Shown here: positions 9,586 through 19,680 of the stretch, one piece after another
How positions within the stretch are numbered: the stretch's first letter is position 1
How the letters are laid out: every line of letters starts with the position of its first letter
DNA from: Candidatus Saccharimonadota bacterium
Lineage (GTDB): Bacteria; Patescibacteriota; Saccharimonadia; CAILAD01; BJGX01
Direction: 5' to 3'
Assembly: GCA_014191035.1 (NCBI GenBank)
Contig: BJGX01000001.1
Location: 24,187-88,186, forward strand
Length of the DNA stretch: 64,000 nucleotides
The notes under the pieces: generated by a model
The model's database searches: none
Seen by the model: the letters and a program-made list of their open reading frames with translations, nothing else
What the model was told of the DNA's origin: nothing
Made by a program: the position numbers and the translations under genes

Positions 9586-10172
9586 AACTTACCAAAGAGG
9601 ACTACCTAAAGGTATTGTTGCCGAATAAAAGGGAGATACTGATACTACTTGCGTTGGTTGCCGTAGTTTTTCTTACATTCGAATTTAACTTAATTTATTT
9701 AAAAGCTACTCAAAACTCAATATTTGCAGATACGGCGTTACAGCAGAATTTTCGTGATCAAATAGATAGTTTTTTTGCAGAAAATAAAGTTGCCAACACT
9801 ATAAGCCTGGTTGTGTTTTGGTCTGGAGTAGGTCTGGTTGCTTACAGCATAATTTGGTCAGTTTACTCGTTTTTTACAGAAGCAAAGAACGAAACCGAAG
9901 TTGCCGGAGGCTATGTTAATCAAGAATCTAAACATGAAAAATTACAAAGAACACTCATGCAGGCTGGTATTTTAGCAGGCATAATTGCGCTTGGGCTTTT
10001 GAGTTTAAATGTTACTATACCGTTTTTTATAGGTCTTTGGACAAACGGAATTTTGATAATACCAGCTGAAATAATAAATGGAATTCTACAAATCTTGGCA
10101 GGATTTATAGGAATGATAGTAAATTTCTATTTATTTAAAATGCTTATTGATTGGATAGAGTTACTAGACTGA
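9582..10172 (+). CDS. Membrane protein, unknown function
   Basis: About 4 TM segments; ATGA overlap with the upstream gene. Confidence 0.65.
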   Translation: MKLTKEDYLKVLLPNKREILILLALVAVVFLTFEFNLIYLKATQNSIFADTALQQNFRDQIDSFFAENKVANTISLVVFWSGVGLVAYSIIWSVYSFFTEAKNETEVAGGYVNQESKHEKLQRTLMQAGILAGIIALGLLSLNVTIPFFIGLWTNGILIIPAEIINGILQILAGFIGMIVNFYLFKMLIDWIELLD

Positions 10173-10178
10173 TTTAAT

Positions 10179-10802
10179 TTAGTATTTTCTAATTAAGCCT
10201 ATCAGAACACCCTGAATTTTAATTGGGGTAGAGGGCTTAACAATTATTGGTTCCATTGTTGAATTTGCGGGCTGTAAACGTATATGATCCTTTTCTTTGT
10301 AATAACGCTTTAGTGTAGCTTCGCCATTGTTTACAAGGGCAACTACGGTGTCGCCATTACTTGGAACTTCTTTTTCTTGCACCACTACGTAGTCGCCGTC
10401 ATGTATTCCATCTTCAATCATGCTCTGACCTTTGACTTGAAGGACATACGAATTTTTTGACCCAACCATAAATGCAGGCACTTCGAGGGTTTCTTTATGC
10501 CCAGAGATTGTTTCTATGGGGCTACCAGCAGCAATTAGACCAAGAATTGGTAATCCAACTCCAGGTTCATTTACGGATGCTTCTACATCTTCGACTGGAA
10601 TAAGGGATCGAGCAGAATTACTTCCTTTTTCTAAAAATCCTTTATCAACTAGTGTGTCGATGTGCTGAGCAACAGTAGCAACGGAATTTAACTTTAAGCC
10701 GTTTGCGATTTCTCGATAGCTAGGCGAATATCCCTTTTCTTCAATAAATGTTGTTATGAAGTCTAATGTCTTTCTTTGCTTTTTAGTTAGGGCTGTTTTC
10801 AT
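10179..10802 (-). CDS. lexA: SOS repressor LexA
   Basis: GYSPSYREIA wHTH, AAG cleavage site, catalytic Ser (GQSM) and Lys (TLKR). Confidence 0.95.
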   Translation of the reverse strand: MKTALTKKQRKTLDFITTFIEEKGYSPSYREIANGLKLNSVATVAQHIDTLVDKGFLEKGSNSARSLIPVEDVEASVNEPGVGLPILGLIAAGSPIETISGHKETLEVPAFMVGSKNSYVLQVKGQSMIEDGIHDGDYVVVQEKEVPSNGDTVVALVNNGEATLKRYYKEKDHIRLQPANSTMEPIIVKPSTPIKIQGVLIGLIRKY

Positions 10803-10826
10803 TTTTCCTCCTTTTTATTTATTTAC

Positions 10827-10856
10827 ATTTTACCGAAAGTAATACGAACTTGTCAA
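10827..10856 (-). promoter_or_regulatory. lexA promoter containing a candidate direct-repeat operator
   Basis: TTGACA-18 bp-TAAAAT; spacer holds TTCGT-N6-TTCGG. Confidence 0.65.
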
Positions 10857-11019
10857 CAAGTTAGCATAACAAATATTTATTAGTCACAGCTTTGTCTAAA
10901 TATATTTTACAGATTGCAACAGATAGTAAATTATTTTTCTTTAAATATTCCCTTGACATCAACACCTGGGTGGCATAACCTAGGTTACATAAGATTAATT
11001 AAGGAGGAAATTAAAAAAC

Positions 11020-11217
11020 ATGGCTTTTTCACATGTAAATTCAAAAGGACAAACATATTACCTACACTCAAGAGAAGTTACTCTTAAGGGTGGACGACTG
11101 CAAAGAATTTACTTCTTCGCTAAAGAAGTTAAAGACGGCGCTATCGATGAAATGCCAGAAGGCTACATCGTAGTAGAAAACACTCGAACTGGCCTTCCAA
11201 TTCTTAAGAAAGGTTAG
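11020..11217 (+). CDS. Small basic conserved hypothetical protein
   Basis: AAGGAGG SD, TTGACA promoter, own terminator; NSKGQTYYLH...IYFF...TGLPILKK. Confidence 0.8.
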   Translation: MAFSHVNSKGQTYYLHSREVTLKGGRLQRIYFFAKEVKDGAIDEMPEGYIVVENTRTGLPILKKG

Positions 11218-11236
11218 ATATAGTTTAAAACAAGCT

Positions 11237-11257
11237 GAGCCCCTCGGGGCTCTTTTT
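11237..11257 (+). terminator. Intrinsic terminator
   Basis: GAGCCC-CTCG-GGGCTC plus T-run. Confidence 0.8.
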
Positions 11258-11300
11258 GTTTTGCATATTTACAGGTATAATATACACTTATATTTGGTAG

Positions 11301-11376
11301 GGGCCCGTAGCTCAGTGGTTAGAGCAGTCGGCTCATAACTGATTGGTCGTAGGTTCGAATCCTACCGGGCCCACCA
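11301..11376 (+). tRNA. tRNA-Ile2(CAT), lysidine type
   Basis: CAT anticodon with GGGCCC acceptor stem and ileX-like body; CCA encoded; tilS nearby. Confidence 0.88.
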
Positions 11377-11453
11377 TTTAGAAAGATTAGAGAAGTCTAA
11401 TCTTTTTTGTTTGCCCTCTTGCTCCAGTATCATAAGCACTTTACAATTATTAT

Positions 11454-12179
11454 GTGGGGAAAAATAAAGATCCATACAGGTACTATGAAAAAGACCATCC
11501 CTACTTAAGTACTCTCAGTGTTAAAAAGAGGGTGGATTATAAGCGCAAGCAAAAATTTGCTTTAGCGGTAGTTTTGATTTTTTTATTTTTTTTAGCTGAA
11601 ATAATTATTCTTTGGGGGGCATCTAACACAAGGGTGGCCTACAGCCCTTTAAAATCTAATATTGTAAGTGGCGTAAGGCCTCCCAAGGCTAAGTTAGAGG
11701 TTAAAAAGGAGGCTGACCAATCTCCACCGCCACCTATACTAAAAGAGGCTGAGATGTATTTAGTTATTCCTAAACTTTTAATAAACACTCCTCTAGAAGC
11801 CAAAGGCACAACAACATCTGGTGAAATTTTGACCCCATCTAAAAATACTAACGTGTCTTGGTTTAAGGATGGAGTAAAGCCTGGGCAGAATGGCAGTGTA
11901 CTTATGGCAGGTTATTACGGCAGTGAAAACGCCGGCATTTTGAAAGATGCAAATAAGCTAACTGCAGGCGACGAAATAGAAGTTAGGCATAAAGATGGAA
12001 GAACTCAGAAATACAAGGTGTTGGAAAAGGCACAGTATCAACCTAATGAAGAAATTAAGCCCGAACTCTTAAAAAAAGATGATGCAAAATATCTAGGTCT
12101 GTTTCTTATTACCAATCCGGCCTTAAGTAAGATTGGCTTAGAATCGCAAAGGCTAGTTATATATGCTAAATCTGAATAA
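11454..12179 (+). CDS. Class F sortase-like protein lacking catalytic His and Cys
   Basis: LVIPKL, WFKDGVKPGQNGSVLMAGY (His to Tyr), LITN (Cys to Asn), RLVIYA. Confidence 0.75.
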   Translation: MGKNKDPYRYYEKDHPYLSTLSVKKRVDYKRKQKFALAVVLIFLFFLAEIIILWGASNTRVAYSPLKSNIVSGVRPPKAKLEVKKEADQSPPPPILKEAEMYLVIPKLLINTPLEAKGTTTSGEILTPSKNTNVSWFKDGVKPGQNGSVLMAGYYGSENAGILKDANKLTAGDEIEVRHKDGRTQKYKVLEKAQYQPNEEIKPELLKKDDAKYLGLFLITNPALSKIGLESQRLVIYAKSE

Positions 12180-12236
12180 TTGACTATAGGTGTTTAATCA
12201 AAATAAAATAAGCTTAACTATAAAAGGGATAAATTT

Positions 12237-13004
12237 TTGAAAGATAACCAACAAAATAACGGCGATATAGAACCAGAAAGTAATATTGATAAAGATTTAA
12301 ACTTTGAATATGAAGCTGATATTAATTCCAGCACCATTAAAAGTTCAGAACCATCAGAATTTGAAAAAACAAAATCTAGTAAAAAAAGAACTAGCGGACT
12401 TTCAGTGGTATCATTGCTTTTTGCAGTTATCTTACCTCCATTGGGCTTAATAATGTCGATGATAGCCAAAGCTAAGGCAAGAAATTCAAACTCTTCTACA
12501 ACAGTAGCTAATGTGGCATTAACAATATCTACAATTTTGTTTATCGGCTTGATTAGTGTAGGTGGAGTAATTATTTACCAAAATTATAATCGCACCCTAG
12601 ATAGCCAAGACAGTGCAAAGAATAAGCAGCAAAATGAACAGACGACCCCAAGCAATTATAGTGATGATCAAAAAAAGGCTATCGAGATCAGCGAAACATT
12701 TTTGAATTATATTAAAAATGAAAATTATCCTGCTGCATTTAATCTTTTAAGTCCGGATTTGCAAAAAGAATATATAAATGGCGAAAGCGATTTTTCAAAG
12801 GAAGTCACAACTGCTAATTTAAAGCTAATTGACTCTTGGAAAGTCACAGAAGTAACTTCCAATGGAAAGGGAGATAGGATAACTATTAAGGGTACCGCAA
12901 ACTTTAGGGGACCTACGCCATCGGGTAATTTCGAATTTGCGTTTTATAAGGACACAGATGGCTCCAAGAAGATGTATTTATGGCAAATATCTCCAAATAC
13001 ATAG
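12237..13004 (+). CDS. Two-TM membrane protein with NTF2-like extracellular domain
   Basis: DUF4190-like TM pair; FLNYIKNENYPAAFNLLS helix pattern. Confidence 0.6.
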   Translation: MKDNQQNNGDIEPESNIDKDLNFEYEADINSSTIKSSEPSEFEKTKSSKKRTSGLSVVSLLFAVILPPLGLIMSMIAKAKARNSNSSTTVANVALTISTILFIGLISVGGVIIYQNYNRTLDSQDSAKNKQQNEQTTPSNYSDDQKKAIEISETFLNYIKNENYPAAFNLLSPDLQKEYINGESDFSKEVTTANLKLIDSWKVTEVTSNGKGDRITIKGTANFRGPTPSGNFEFAFYKDTDGSKKMYLWQISPNT

Positions 13005-13013
13005 ACAAGAGCT

Positions 13014-14090
13014 GTGAACCAACATAATATTAGTACGATGTTTAAAGATATAATAAACTTAGATTTGAAAGAAAATACCAAAGCACTAATTGTAAGTGAT
13101 ATTCATTTGCAGCTTCCGATTACTAGAGAGCTTGAAATGATTCAAGGTTCATTGGTAAGCAGAATTAATGAACTATCAAAAAGCAGAAATGCAATATTGA
13201 TACTTAATGGTGACATCTTGGAGCTTTGGGAAAATAAGGATCAAACCGTAGCGGATATATTGGATGGATTTTCGAAACTCACACAGGCAATAAATAATTT
13301 TATAAAAATTAAAAGCCATAAAGTTATTTATGTTGTTGGTAACCACGACGATATAATATCTAGAAGTTCATCCGAACAGAAATCGCTGCATAAATTGTGG
13401 GGAGCAGAAATATGCAGAACTCTCCACACTTACATAGGTAAGGATAAAATTCGAATTGAGCACGGGCATGAAAGCGACAGCTATAATGCAACTTCAAATC
13501 AGCAAGAGCCTAAGGGTAAAAAACTTGTGCAGAATACTTTACCCATTCTCTTAAAGACTATGCCTAGTCTTTTTAAAGGAATTGGTGATGTGGTTAATCG
13601 CTCTCTTTTACCTAGCTATGTGCTTAGTAATCTTGCCTATAAAATTGTTGCGCCAATATGTGTACCAATTGTTTTAATAATTTCGATATTCCTTTCAATT
13701 GGGTTGTCAGATGACAGATATTGGAAAGCTGCTGTTCTAGTTTTTGTTTTGCTTTGGGCGGTCTTTTTAATTGCTGATGTTTTATTAAGATTCGTTGCCA
13801 GTTTTGCACTTGGTGGTGGATCGACTTATATGAAAAAAGTTGATAAATACCAAAAAGAGGCAAAGTTCGAAAAAATAATCTACGGACATACACACCAAGG
13901 CTTAATTGAGAAAAGAAACAAATACACATATGCAAATAGTGGCTGTAATGACGTTGTGGCATTTCCTAAAATTGGATGGATGGGGCTCGTGCGATTTAAT
14001 AGGTATGTTCAGCTTAGTAATTTAAACATTGATAATTCCAAAAAAGATTATCTTAAGTATCACCAAGAAATAGTTCCTTTGGTAGAATAG
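13014..14090 (+). CDS. Calcineurin-like metallophosphoesterase (LpxH-like) with internal TM hairpin
   Basis: SDIHL, NGDILE, GNHD, EHGH, GHTH, NSG motifs; two hydrophobic helices inserted. Confidence 0.8.
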   Translation: MNQHNISTMFKDIINLDLKENTKALIVSDIHLQLPITRELEMIQGSLVSRINELSKSRNAILILNGDILELWENKDQTVADILDGFSKLTQAINNFIKIKSHKVIYVVGNHDDIISRSSSEQKSLHKLWGAEICRTLHTYIGKDKIRIEHGHESDSYNATSNQQEPKGKKLVQNTLPILLKTMPSLFKGIGDVVNRSLLPSYVLSNLAYKIVAPICVPIVLIISIFLSIGLSDDRYWKAAVLVFVLLWAVFLIADVLLRFVASFALGGGSTYMKKVDKYQKEAKFEKIIYGHTHQGLIEKRNKYTYANSGCNDVVAFPKIGWMGLVRFNRYVQLSNLNIDNSKKDYLKYHQEIVPLVE

Positions 14091-14094
14091 TATT

Positions 14095-14496
14095 ATGCGT
14101 AACTACTTTAGATCGGGCAAAATTATTTTCTGGATTGGCCTATTCCTGGCTATATACATGTTTGTAGTATTGGCAGTTGAGACAAGCCAAAACTATAGCT
14201 TGCGAAATAAATCAGACAATTTAGAATCTCAAATTGCTAAACTCGAACAGCAGATAGAAGATTTAGGTTACAAAGTTACTTATTATAAGACCGATTCTTA
14301 CAGAGAAAGACTTGCTAGAGAGAAGTTAAATGTGGCTGCCCCTGGAGAAAGCGTAATTATTATCAAGGACGACAAAAGAAATGAAAAGTTGGTAAAAGAA
14401 GATGAGGCTTCGATTAAGAACCTAAAAACCGATGAGCAAGCCTTGAGTGAAAAACCTAATTACCAACAGTGGTGGGCATTTCTTTTTGGAAATTAA
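14095..14496 (+). CDS. Septum formation initiator FtsB/DivIC
   Basis: TM + coiled coil + ERLAREKLN..PGE motif. Confidence 0.85.
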   Translation: MRNYFRSGKIIFWIGLFLAIYMFVVLAVETSQNYSLRNKSDNLESQIAKLEQQIEDLGYKVTYYKTDSYRERLAREKLNVAAPGESVIIIKDDKRNEKLVKEDEASIKNLKTDEQALSEKPNYQQWWAFLFGN

Positions 14497-14521
14497 AAAG
14501 ACCTATAAAATAGGTCTTTTT
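14495..14521. terminator. Bidirectional terminator
   Basis: AAAAAGACCTA/TAGGTCTTTTT between convergent genes. Confidence 0.75.
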
Positions 14522-14522
14522 A

Positions 14523-14599
14523 TGGTGGCTGAGGGAGGAATCGAACCTCCGACCTCAGGCTTATGAGTCCCGCGCTCTAACCATCTGAGCTACTCAGCC
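14523..14599 (-). tRNA. tRNA-Met(CAT), elongator
   Basis: GGCTGAG acceptor stem with G1:C72, CAT anticodon, CCA. Confidence 0.88.
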
Positions 14600-14670
14600 A
14601 TAACGTAATTATACTAACTTTAGCCGTAAAACTACAAAAACTCTTGCAGGCAAGAGTTCTTTTTTTAAAT

Positions 14671-14747
<77 letters not shown>

Positions 14748-14831
14748 TTAAACAAGGTATATTTTACACTCTATCTGTAAAAAGGTCAATATAAGCTTAA
14801 TAATGAGCACAAATTGAACTATAATATATTT

Positions 14832-16148
14832 ATGCTAAATGAATTCTACAAACACCTTCAGACATCCAAGCTGCTTCCACCAAAAAGCAAGCTGCTTTTA
14901 GCTGTTTCTGGTGGTGTTGATTCAGTTACTTTACTTCATTTGCTACATAATCTCCGCAATAATTATGGTTGGGAAATTGCTTTAGCGCATTATAACCACG
15001 GAGTAAGAAAAGACGCTACAAAAGACGCATTGCTAGTTGGCGATTTGGCTGATCTATATGGCTACCCTTTGTATGTTGGAAAGTATGAATACACTGATTT
15101 TTCTGAAGCGGCTCTAAGAAAAGCAAGATATGATTTTCTTGAAAATCTTCGAAGAGATATGGGCTATGATTATATTTTGACAGCGCATCATAATAGCGAC
15201 TTTTTAGAGACAGCATTGTTTAATACTGTCAGAGGCTCAGATAGAGAAGGAATGGTTGCGCTAAAAGAGAAGCGAGGCCGGCTGTTAAGACCAATGCTCC
15301 CTTTTTCTAAGCCTGAAATTATTGTATTCGCCAATTTGCAGGAATTACCATATAGAGAAGACAGTACAAATAGTGACGTTTCATATAGTCGAAATATGGT
15401 TCGTAATGTATTAATGCCTCACGGCAGCATGAAGTTTAGAAATTTTCACCATAACTTGAACCAAAGGCTTGCCAAGCTAAAAGATACAAATTCACGAATT
15501 AACCAAGGCCTTTCTAGGCTAGCAGAATCAATAGTGGAGTATGAAGACACTAAATCAATGCAACTAGATATTGAAAAATTTAATTCACTGCCATTAGTTA
15601 TAAAAAATAATTTATTAGTTTATCTTGTAAAAAGATTAAAGCCTGCTCACGGCCTAAAAAGAGTTAATATATCAAAGGCAGTAAAATTCATCGAAAATTC
15701 CAAAACAGGGTCTCAAATGCCTTTGCCTGGCGGGTTGCAACTGATTAACACCTATGGTAAGTTTGTAATCACTTCTGAACCTAAAGAATATGAAGAGAAT
15801 TTAGAAGATATATTCCATATTCTTAGTCCAGATAAGCCTTTTCAAAATGAAATTTTCAAATTAGCTATAAATAAAGACACTAAAGCCGGAATCAAATTGC
15901 CTAATCAAAAGCTATATGTGCGCTACAGACAGGCAGGCGATAAGGTTAGTCCAATAGGTATGGAGGGTACAAAAAAGCTCCAAGATGTGTTTGTGGATGC
16001 TAAGATACCTAAGCACCTGAGAAGCATGTGGCCAGTGGTTGTAAATTCGACCAACGAAGTAGTATGGGTTCCGAATTTAGTTAAAAATAGAAAGTTTTTT
16101 GATCAGAGCTCTAATAATTATCAGTATTTAATCTGCGAGGTGATATGA
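14832..16148 (+). CDS. tilS: tRNA(Ile)-lysidine synthetase
   Basis: AVSGGVDS PP-loop, HYNHGVR, TAHH, C-terminal TilS domain; ATG 14832 lies 6 nt after TATAAT. Confidence 0.94.
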   Translation: MLNEFYKHLQTSKLLPPKSKLLLAVSGGVDSVTLLHLLHNLRNNYGWEIALAHYNHGVRKDATKDALLVGDLADLYGYPLYVGKYEYTDFSEAALRKARYDFLENLRRDMGYDYILTAHHNSDFLETALFNTVRGSDREGMVALKEKRGRLLRPMLPFSKPEIIVFANLQELPYREDSTNSDVSYSRNMVRNVLMPHGSMKFRNFHHNLNQRLAKLKDTNSRINQGLSRLAESIVEYEDTKSMQLDIEKFNSLPLVIKNNLLVYLVKRLKPAHGLKRVNISKAVKFIENSKTGSQMPLPGGLQLINTYGKFVITSEPKEYEENLEDIFHILSPDKPFQNEIFKLAINKDTKAGIKLPNQKLYVRYRQAGDKVSPIGMEGTKKLQDVFVDAKIPKHLRSMWPVVVNSTNEVVWVPNLVKNRKFFDQSSNNYQYLICEVI

Positions 16149-18004
16149 AAAAAATTCCTAAAAATGTTTGGTATGCAATTATTACGTTGTCTATTTTAAT
16201 TTCAGTGGTTGTGTTGTTTGGTAATGGCTCTCCATTGAGTAAGCCACCAGCCCAGGTTCCATTTAGTACTGTATTGGACCAGATTAAACAAGATAAAGTC
16301 GAATCAATCCAAGTTTCAGGAGATGAGCTTACTGTTAATCTAAAGGACGGCACAAAGCAGAAGTCATATAAGGAAAGATACAAAAGCCTTAGTGATTTTG
16401 GTGTAGATTATAATAAAGTCAAAGTAGAAGCAAAAAACCCTGACAATAATAATATTCTTTTAGATGTTATTTTATCGTTACTTCCAATAGTTATTATTAT
16501 CGGCTTCTTCTATTTCATAATGAAGCAAGCCCAGGGCAGTAATAGCCAGGCAATGAGTTTTGGTAAGTCTAAGGCCAGAGTTTCTGGCATGGATAAAAAT
16601 AAAGTCAAATTTAAAGATGTTGCCGGTGCGCAGGAAGCAAAAGTGGAGCTCCAAGAAATTGTAGAATTTCTAAAATATCCCGGAAAATTCGAGGCCCTAG
16701 GAGCAAAAATTCCGAAAGGTGTTCTGCTTTTTGGTCGTCCAGGTACAGGTAAGACATTGCTAGCTCGCGCAGTAGCAGGTGAGGCCGATGTTCCGTTCTT
16801 TACAATTTCTGGTTCAGAGTTTGTTGAAATGTTTGTCGGCGTCGGCGCAAGCCGTGTAAGAGATTTGTTCTCAAGGGCCAAGAAGAATGCACCTTGTATT
16901 ATCTTTATAGACGAAATTGATGCAGTAGGTAGGCAGCGTGGCGCAGGCCTAGGTGGTGGTCACGATGAACGCGAACAGACACTAAATCAAATTCTTGTGG
17001 AAATGGACGGTTTTGAACAGGGCACCAACGTGATAGTTATGGCCGCTACCAATCGACCAGATGTTCTTGACCCGGCCTTATTACGACCCGGTCGATTCGA
17101 CAGAAGAGTAACTCTGGACACCCCAGACCTTAAAGCAAGAGAAGAAATTTTGGAAGTACACACCCAGAAAAAGCCTCTCGAAAAAGACATTGATTTTAGT
17201 GAAATTGCACGAAAAACTCCAGGAGTATCAGGGGCTGATTTGGCAAATATCGCAAACGAAGCTGCTATTTTTGCTGCACGTTCTAATCGCAAAAAAATTA
17301 CTCAAGCCGACTTCCATGAAGCTATAGAAAAAATAGCATTGGGTCCTGAACGCAAAAGCCATATATTAAATGATAAAGAAAAGAAAATCACAGCCTATCA
17401 TGAAGCAGGCCACGCATTGTTAGGACACCTATTGCCAAACTGCCACCCAGTACATAAAGTTTCGATTGTAAGTCGTGGAATGGCAGGGGGCGTAACATGG
17501 AGCTTACCAGTGGAAGATAAGCACCTACATTCCTTAGCGGACTTTAAGGATGATATAGCCATGGCCCTAGGCGGAAGAACTGCTGAAAAGATTATCTTTG
17601 GAGAAGAAAACATAACTACAGGCGCAGAAAGTGATCTCAAGCACGCCAATGGTCTGGCACGTAGAATGGTTACTGAGTATGGTATGAGTAGGGCACTTAA
17701 AAATCGCTTCTTCGGGGATGAACAAGGATCTGTATTTTTGGGCAAATCTTTCTCACAAGACAAGCACTATTCAGAAGAGATGGCTGCTAAAATTGACGAT
17801 GAAGTAGCAAAGATAATTGATGAAGCTAGCAAAAAAGCAGAGGATACTCTGTCTAAAAACAAATCTAAACTTGATCAAATTGCCCAAACCTTATTAGAAA
17901 AAGAAACAATTGAAGGTAAGGACTTTGATAAGCTAATGGAAAGTCCAGCCTCCAAAAAGGTGACTAAAAAATCTGATACCAAATCTAAAACAAAAAAGTC
18001 CTAG
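16145..18004 (+). CDS. ftsH: ATP-dependent zinc metalloprotease FtsH
   Basis: 2 TMs, [22 protein letters not shown]. Confidence 0.97.
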   Translation: MKKIPKNVWYAIITLSILISVVVLFGNGSPLSKPPAQVPFSTVLDQIKQDKVESIQVSGDELTVNLKDGTKQKSYKERYKSLSDFGVDYNKVKVEAKNPDNNNILLDVILSLLPIVIIIGFFYFIMKQAQGSNSQAMSFGKSKARVSGMDKNKVKFKDVAGAQEAKVELQEIVEFLKYPGKFEALGAKIPKGVLLFGRPGTGKTLLARAVAGEADVPFFTISGSEFVEMFVGVGASRVRDLFSRAKKNAPCIIFIDEIDAVGRQRGAGLGGGHDEREQTLNQILVEMDGFEQGTNVIVMAATNRPDVLDPALLRPGRFDRRVTLDTPDLKAREEILEVHTQKKPLEKDIDFSEIARKTPGVSGADLANIANEAAIFAARSNRKKITQADFHEAIEKIALGPERKSHILNDKEKKITAYHEAGHALLGHLLPNCHPVHKVSIVSRGMAGGVTWSLPVEDKHLHSLADFKDDIAMALGGRTAEKIIFGEENITTGAESDLKHANGLARRMVTEYGMSRALKNRFFGDEQGSVFLGKSFSQDKHYSEEMAAKIDDEVAKIIDEASKKAEDTLSKNKSKLDQIAQTLLEKETIEGKDFDKLMESPASKKVTKKSDTKSKTKKS

Positions 18005-18093
18005 AAAAATATGCAATTGCCGAGCCTTAAAAACAAAGTGTTCGGCTCTTGTATTATTTATAACAAATCATTCTAGATGTATAATAACTTATC

Positions 18094-19680
18094 GTGAAAA
18101 ACTTACTTGCTAAAATAAACAAATCAAGAACAATGGGGGTAGCGGCTGTATTAATATCGCTATCCTATTTCTTGAGTCGTCTTTTAGGTCTTTTCAGAGA
18201 TAGACTTCTGGCCACCAATTTTGGCGTAAGTGCTCAAACCGATGCATATACGGCGGCTTTTAGAATTCCAGATTTTTTATTTACTTTAATAGTATCTGGG
18301 GCTTTTGCAGTTTCATTTATCCCTGTCTTTATTGGCTACTTGGAAAAGAAAAAGCAAGAAGAGGCCTGGGAAGTTGCCAATTCTATACTCAATATCTTGT
18401 TGCTAGTTGTAGGGGTAGCCTGTGTGCTGTCTTTTATTTTTGCCGAACCTTTGGTTAAGTTATTGGCTCCAGGGTTTGATCAGTACAGAAACCAGTTAAC
18501 AGTTAATATAACTAGGATCTTGCTGGTAACACCAATATTTTTCGTACTATCTAGCGTATTTGGGGCAATACAGCAGTCATTCAATAGATTTTTAGTTTAT
18601 GCGATGGCGAGCCTCTTTTATAACATAGGCATAATTATAGGAATATTGTTTTTTAGCAAATTTTTTGCGGCTAATGCAATCTACGGTGTTGCACTAGGTG
18701 TGGTAGTTGGAACAGCTCTCCAGGCTATCTTGCAGCTATTTGGAATAATTGGCTTAGGCTTTAAATATAAACCTAGCTTTAAATGGCGAAATAGAGGAGT
18801 TACAAGAATAATTAAACTTATGATTCCTCGCTCAATTGACCTGACTGTCGACCAGATTAATTGGATAATTCAGTCTGCAATTGCATCAAGCCTCGCTTCT
18901 GGTAGCTTATCTTCATACTACTATGCAAACAACTTAAAGAATGTTCCTGTTGGCCTGTTTGGTGCCGCAATGAGTACAGCCTTTTTCCCAAATTTGGTTA
19001 GGGCTGCAAAAAGTAAAGATAAATCAAAATTGCCGGCCGCCATAGTTAGAGATGTAAGTTTGTTAATGTTTTTGGTAATACCTTCTGCATTTATAGCTGT
19101 TGTAATGAGAGGTTATATAGTCAGAATTCTTTTTGGCTTTGGCGATCAGGCTACAGCAGATACGCTGGGCTTTCTGGCGGGCTCAATCGTAGCTCAAAGC
19201 ATGCTCTTTATGGTTGCAAGAATATTCTATTCACTTGAAGACACAAAGACTCCTCTAATCATTAGTACGCTCACAATTATATTAAATGTCGCATTAAGCA
19301 TACCGCTATCAAGGATTTATGGAGTGGCAGGATTGGGATTGGCACTTTCAATATCTGGTCTTTTAGAAATAATCGTTTTATTTGTCCTGCTTAAAAGAAA
19401 GATGGGCGATTTTGGTGTTAGATCGATTATAGTTTCGGCTACAAAAATAACCACAGCATCATTAGCAATGGCTGGTGTAATGTATGCCTCAGTCAGATAT
19501 TGGTTCCCACTTTATAAGGATCAAGTTGGATTTACTCAATTAGCGCCAAAATTTGTATTCATATGTTTGGTCGGCATAATAATTTACTACGTCGCTAGTA
19601 AGTATTTAAGAATACCCGAAATAGTTACAGTTACTAAGATTGTAAAAAGAAGCATAAATAAGGTGGTGCATCGTGGATAA
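18094..19680 (+). CDS. murJ: Lipid II flippase MurJ
   Basis: SRLLGLFRD, AFRIPD motifs, about 14 TMs. Confidence 0.93.
   Translation: MKNLLAKINKSRTMGVAAVLISLSYFLSRLLGLFRDRLLATNFGVSAQTDAYTAAFRIPDFLFTLIVSGAFAVSFIPVFIGYLEKKKQEEAWEVANSILNILLLVVGVACVLSFIFAEPLVKLLAPGFDQYRNQLTVNITRILLVTPIFFVLSSVFGAIQQSFNRFLVYAMASLFYNIGIIIGILFFSKFFAANAIYGVALGVVVGTALQAILQLFGIIGLGFKYKPSFKWRNRGVTRIIKLMIPRSIDLTVDQINWIIQSAIASSLASGSLSSYYYANNLKNVPVGLFGAAMSTAFFPNLVRAAKSKDKSKLPAAIVRDVSLLMFLVIPSAFIAVVMRGYIVRILFGFGDQATADTLGFLAGSIVAQSMLFMVARIFYSLEDTKTPLIISTLTIILNVALSIPLSRIYGVAGLGLALSISGLLEIIVLFVLLKRKMGDFGVRSIIVSATKITTASLAMAGVMYASVRYWFPLYKDQVGFTQLAPKFVFICLVGIIIYYVASKYLRIPEIVTVTKIVKRSINKVVHRG

Noticed and set aside
16111-17763. 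Long antisense ORFs inside ftsH (likewise in dnaK, rny, pgk, glycerate kinase)
   Set aside because: Shadow frames of conserved genes with no independent signals.
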